A stretch of DNA of 64,000 bases from the NCBI RefSeq assembly GCF_002113885.1, contig NW_018406324.1, positions 626,681 to 690,680 on the forward strand. Reading direction: 5' to 3'. The notes under the pieces are model-generated. The model worked only from the letters and a program-made list of their open reading frames with translations. It made no database searches and was not told the origin of the DNA. A program made the position numbers and the translations under genes. Positions 62,933 to 64,000 of this stretch are shown piece by piece (positions within the stretch are counted from its first letter, which is position 1; every line of letters begins with the position of its first letter). This DNA comes from Mizuhopecten yessoensis (Eukaryota).

Positions 62933-64000
62933 TATATATGGTGGTTGATGCTTTTTAGAACAACTCAAAACGCCGATCAAGCATCGCCTCCAGGTTGCAC
63001 CTGTTTCGTATCATCTATTCAAATCGTCATCATTTTTGTAAATAAATATGCATAGTTTGAATTTACTGTGCGATAATTTACTGCGATGAAACTACTTCCG
63101 ACTACATTTCAAAAAATGTCTACCCTAAAGCCACTACAACAGTGAACATCACTTTGTTGTGACAAGAACATCATTGAATGATGCCAAAACAGATAGCATT
63201 ATACCTCATCTTTATTACAGCCTGTCTGATTAGATGATACTGGTCCCATGACAGGGCAATACAAAATCATGTCGCCCTAACGCGCTCAAGTTTCCCCGAT
63301 CATACTTTCCTTATTTGGAGCTTCCTTAGAAAAACCTGCATGACGGAAGCAGACGACGGAATGCGCGTCAACCTGATATTCTCTATTATTGTGTTATTTG
63401 GTTTTTCTTTTCTTTAGCGACATACTAAAATATGTATTGCCCATACGGTAGGGAAACCCTATTCTATGTTTTTTTCGAGGTAAATCATGTTGCACGAGGG
63501 CGAGGCGAAGGAGAAAACACTCTCATTTTGATCCAGACTTCCGCTCTGCAGTGTGACCCAGACTTCCGCTTACATCGTGTCCCCCTGAGTGTTTGAATGC
63601 TACACATATTTAATGTGGTCTAGCCGACCTGCTAAACCATGCAAACCCCTCTTTCATTACAGATAAACGCACATAAACGGGAAAGAAATCGAAAGCAGTT
63701 TACTATTTAAAAGAAAATCGAAGCGCTCTATTAAAGACCCGTGTACCTTGATGCAACAGAAGTCAGAGAATGGCCGTCGCTATATATTGACCGGTGTTCC
63801 TGGTACTATTATTACTGCTACATCCGGCGGACAGCCATTAGTGATTCTGTACATATGTCCCTGGTAAAATGGCCTGTTTGTACTTAATAATTAATTGGTG
63901 ATGTAGTTTGGTTAATCATTTTTATGGTATGGGAATAAAAGTTGACCTCTCTTGGTAAATAACTATTATGGGATAATGAATGTTTACTCGTAACAGAATG

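Overview
AT-rich eukaryotic (animal) genomic DNA, most likely a bivalve mollusc. That taxon is inferred from the SINE, HINE and LINE families recognised, not proven. No complete protein-coding gene, rRNA, canonical tRNA or CRISPR array is visible. Roughly a quarter or more of the window is tandem repeat: large arrays with 48, 44, 21 and 30 bp units plus about 20 smaller minisatellites. Almost all long ORFs in the track are translations of these arrays. The rest carries dense transposon relics: 3' fragments of RTE-X-like and CR1-like LINEs, V-domain and Meta-domain tRNA-SINEs sharing one 3' tail, a Helentron-type HINE, TA-flanked palindromic MITEs, two tiny (58 and 71 bp) palindromic insertions with 9-10 bp TSDs, and several elements ending in ~150 bp hairpins (Crypton-like). 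Splice signals suggest the 5' end of a minus-strand gene (non-coding exon ~11566-11738, signal-peptide exon 1239-1315). Single N bases at 11739, 14504, 30821, 38890 and 54032 may mark assembly joins. I found no convincing new multi-gene system. The most intriguing signals are the hairpin-ended elements, the micro-MITEs, a near-perfect TTAGGG-containing 44 bp satellite, a frame-preserving 48 bp array and a candidate structured RNA motif at ~52560.
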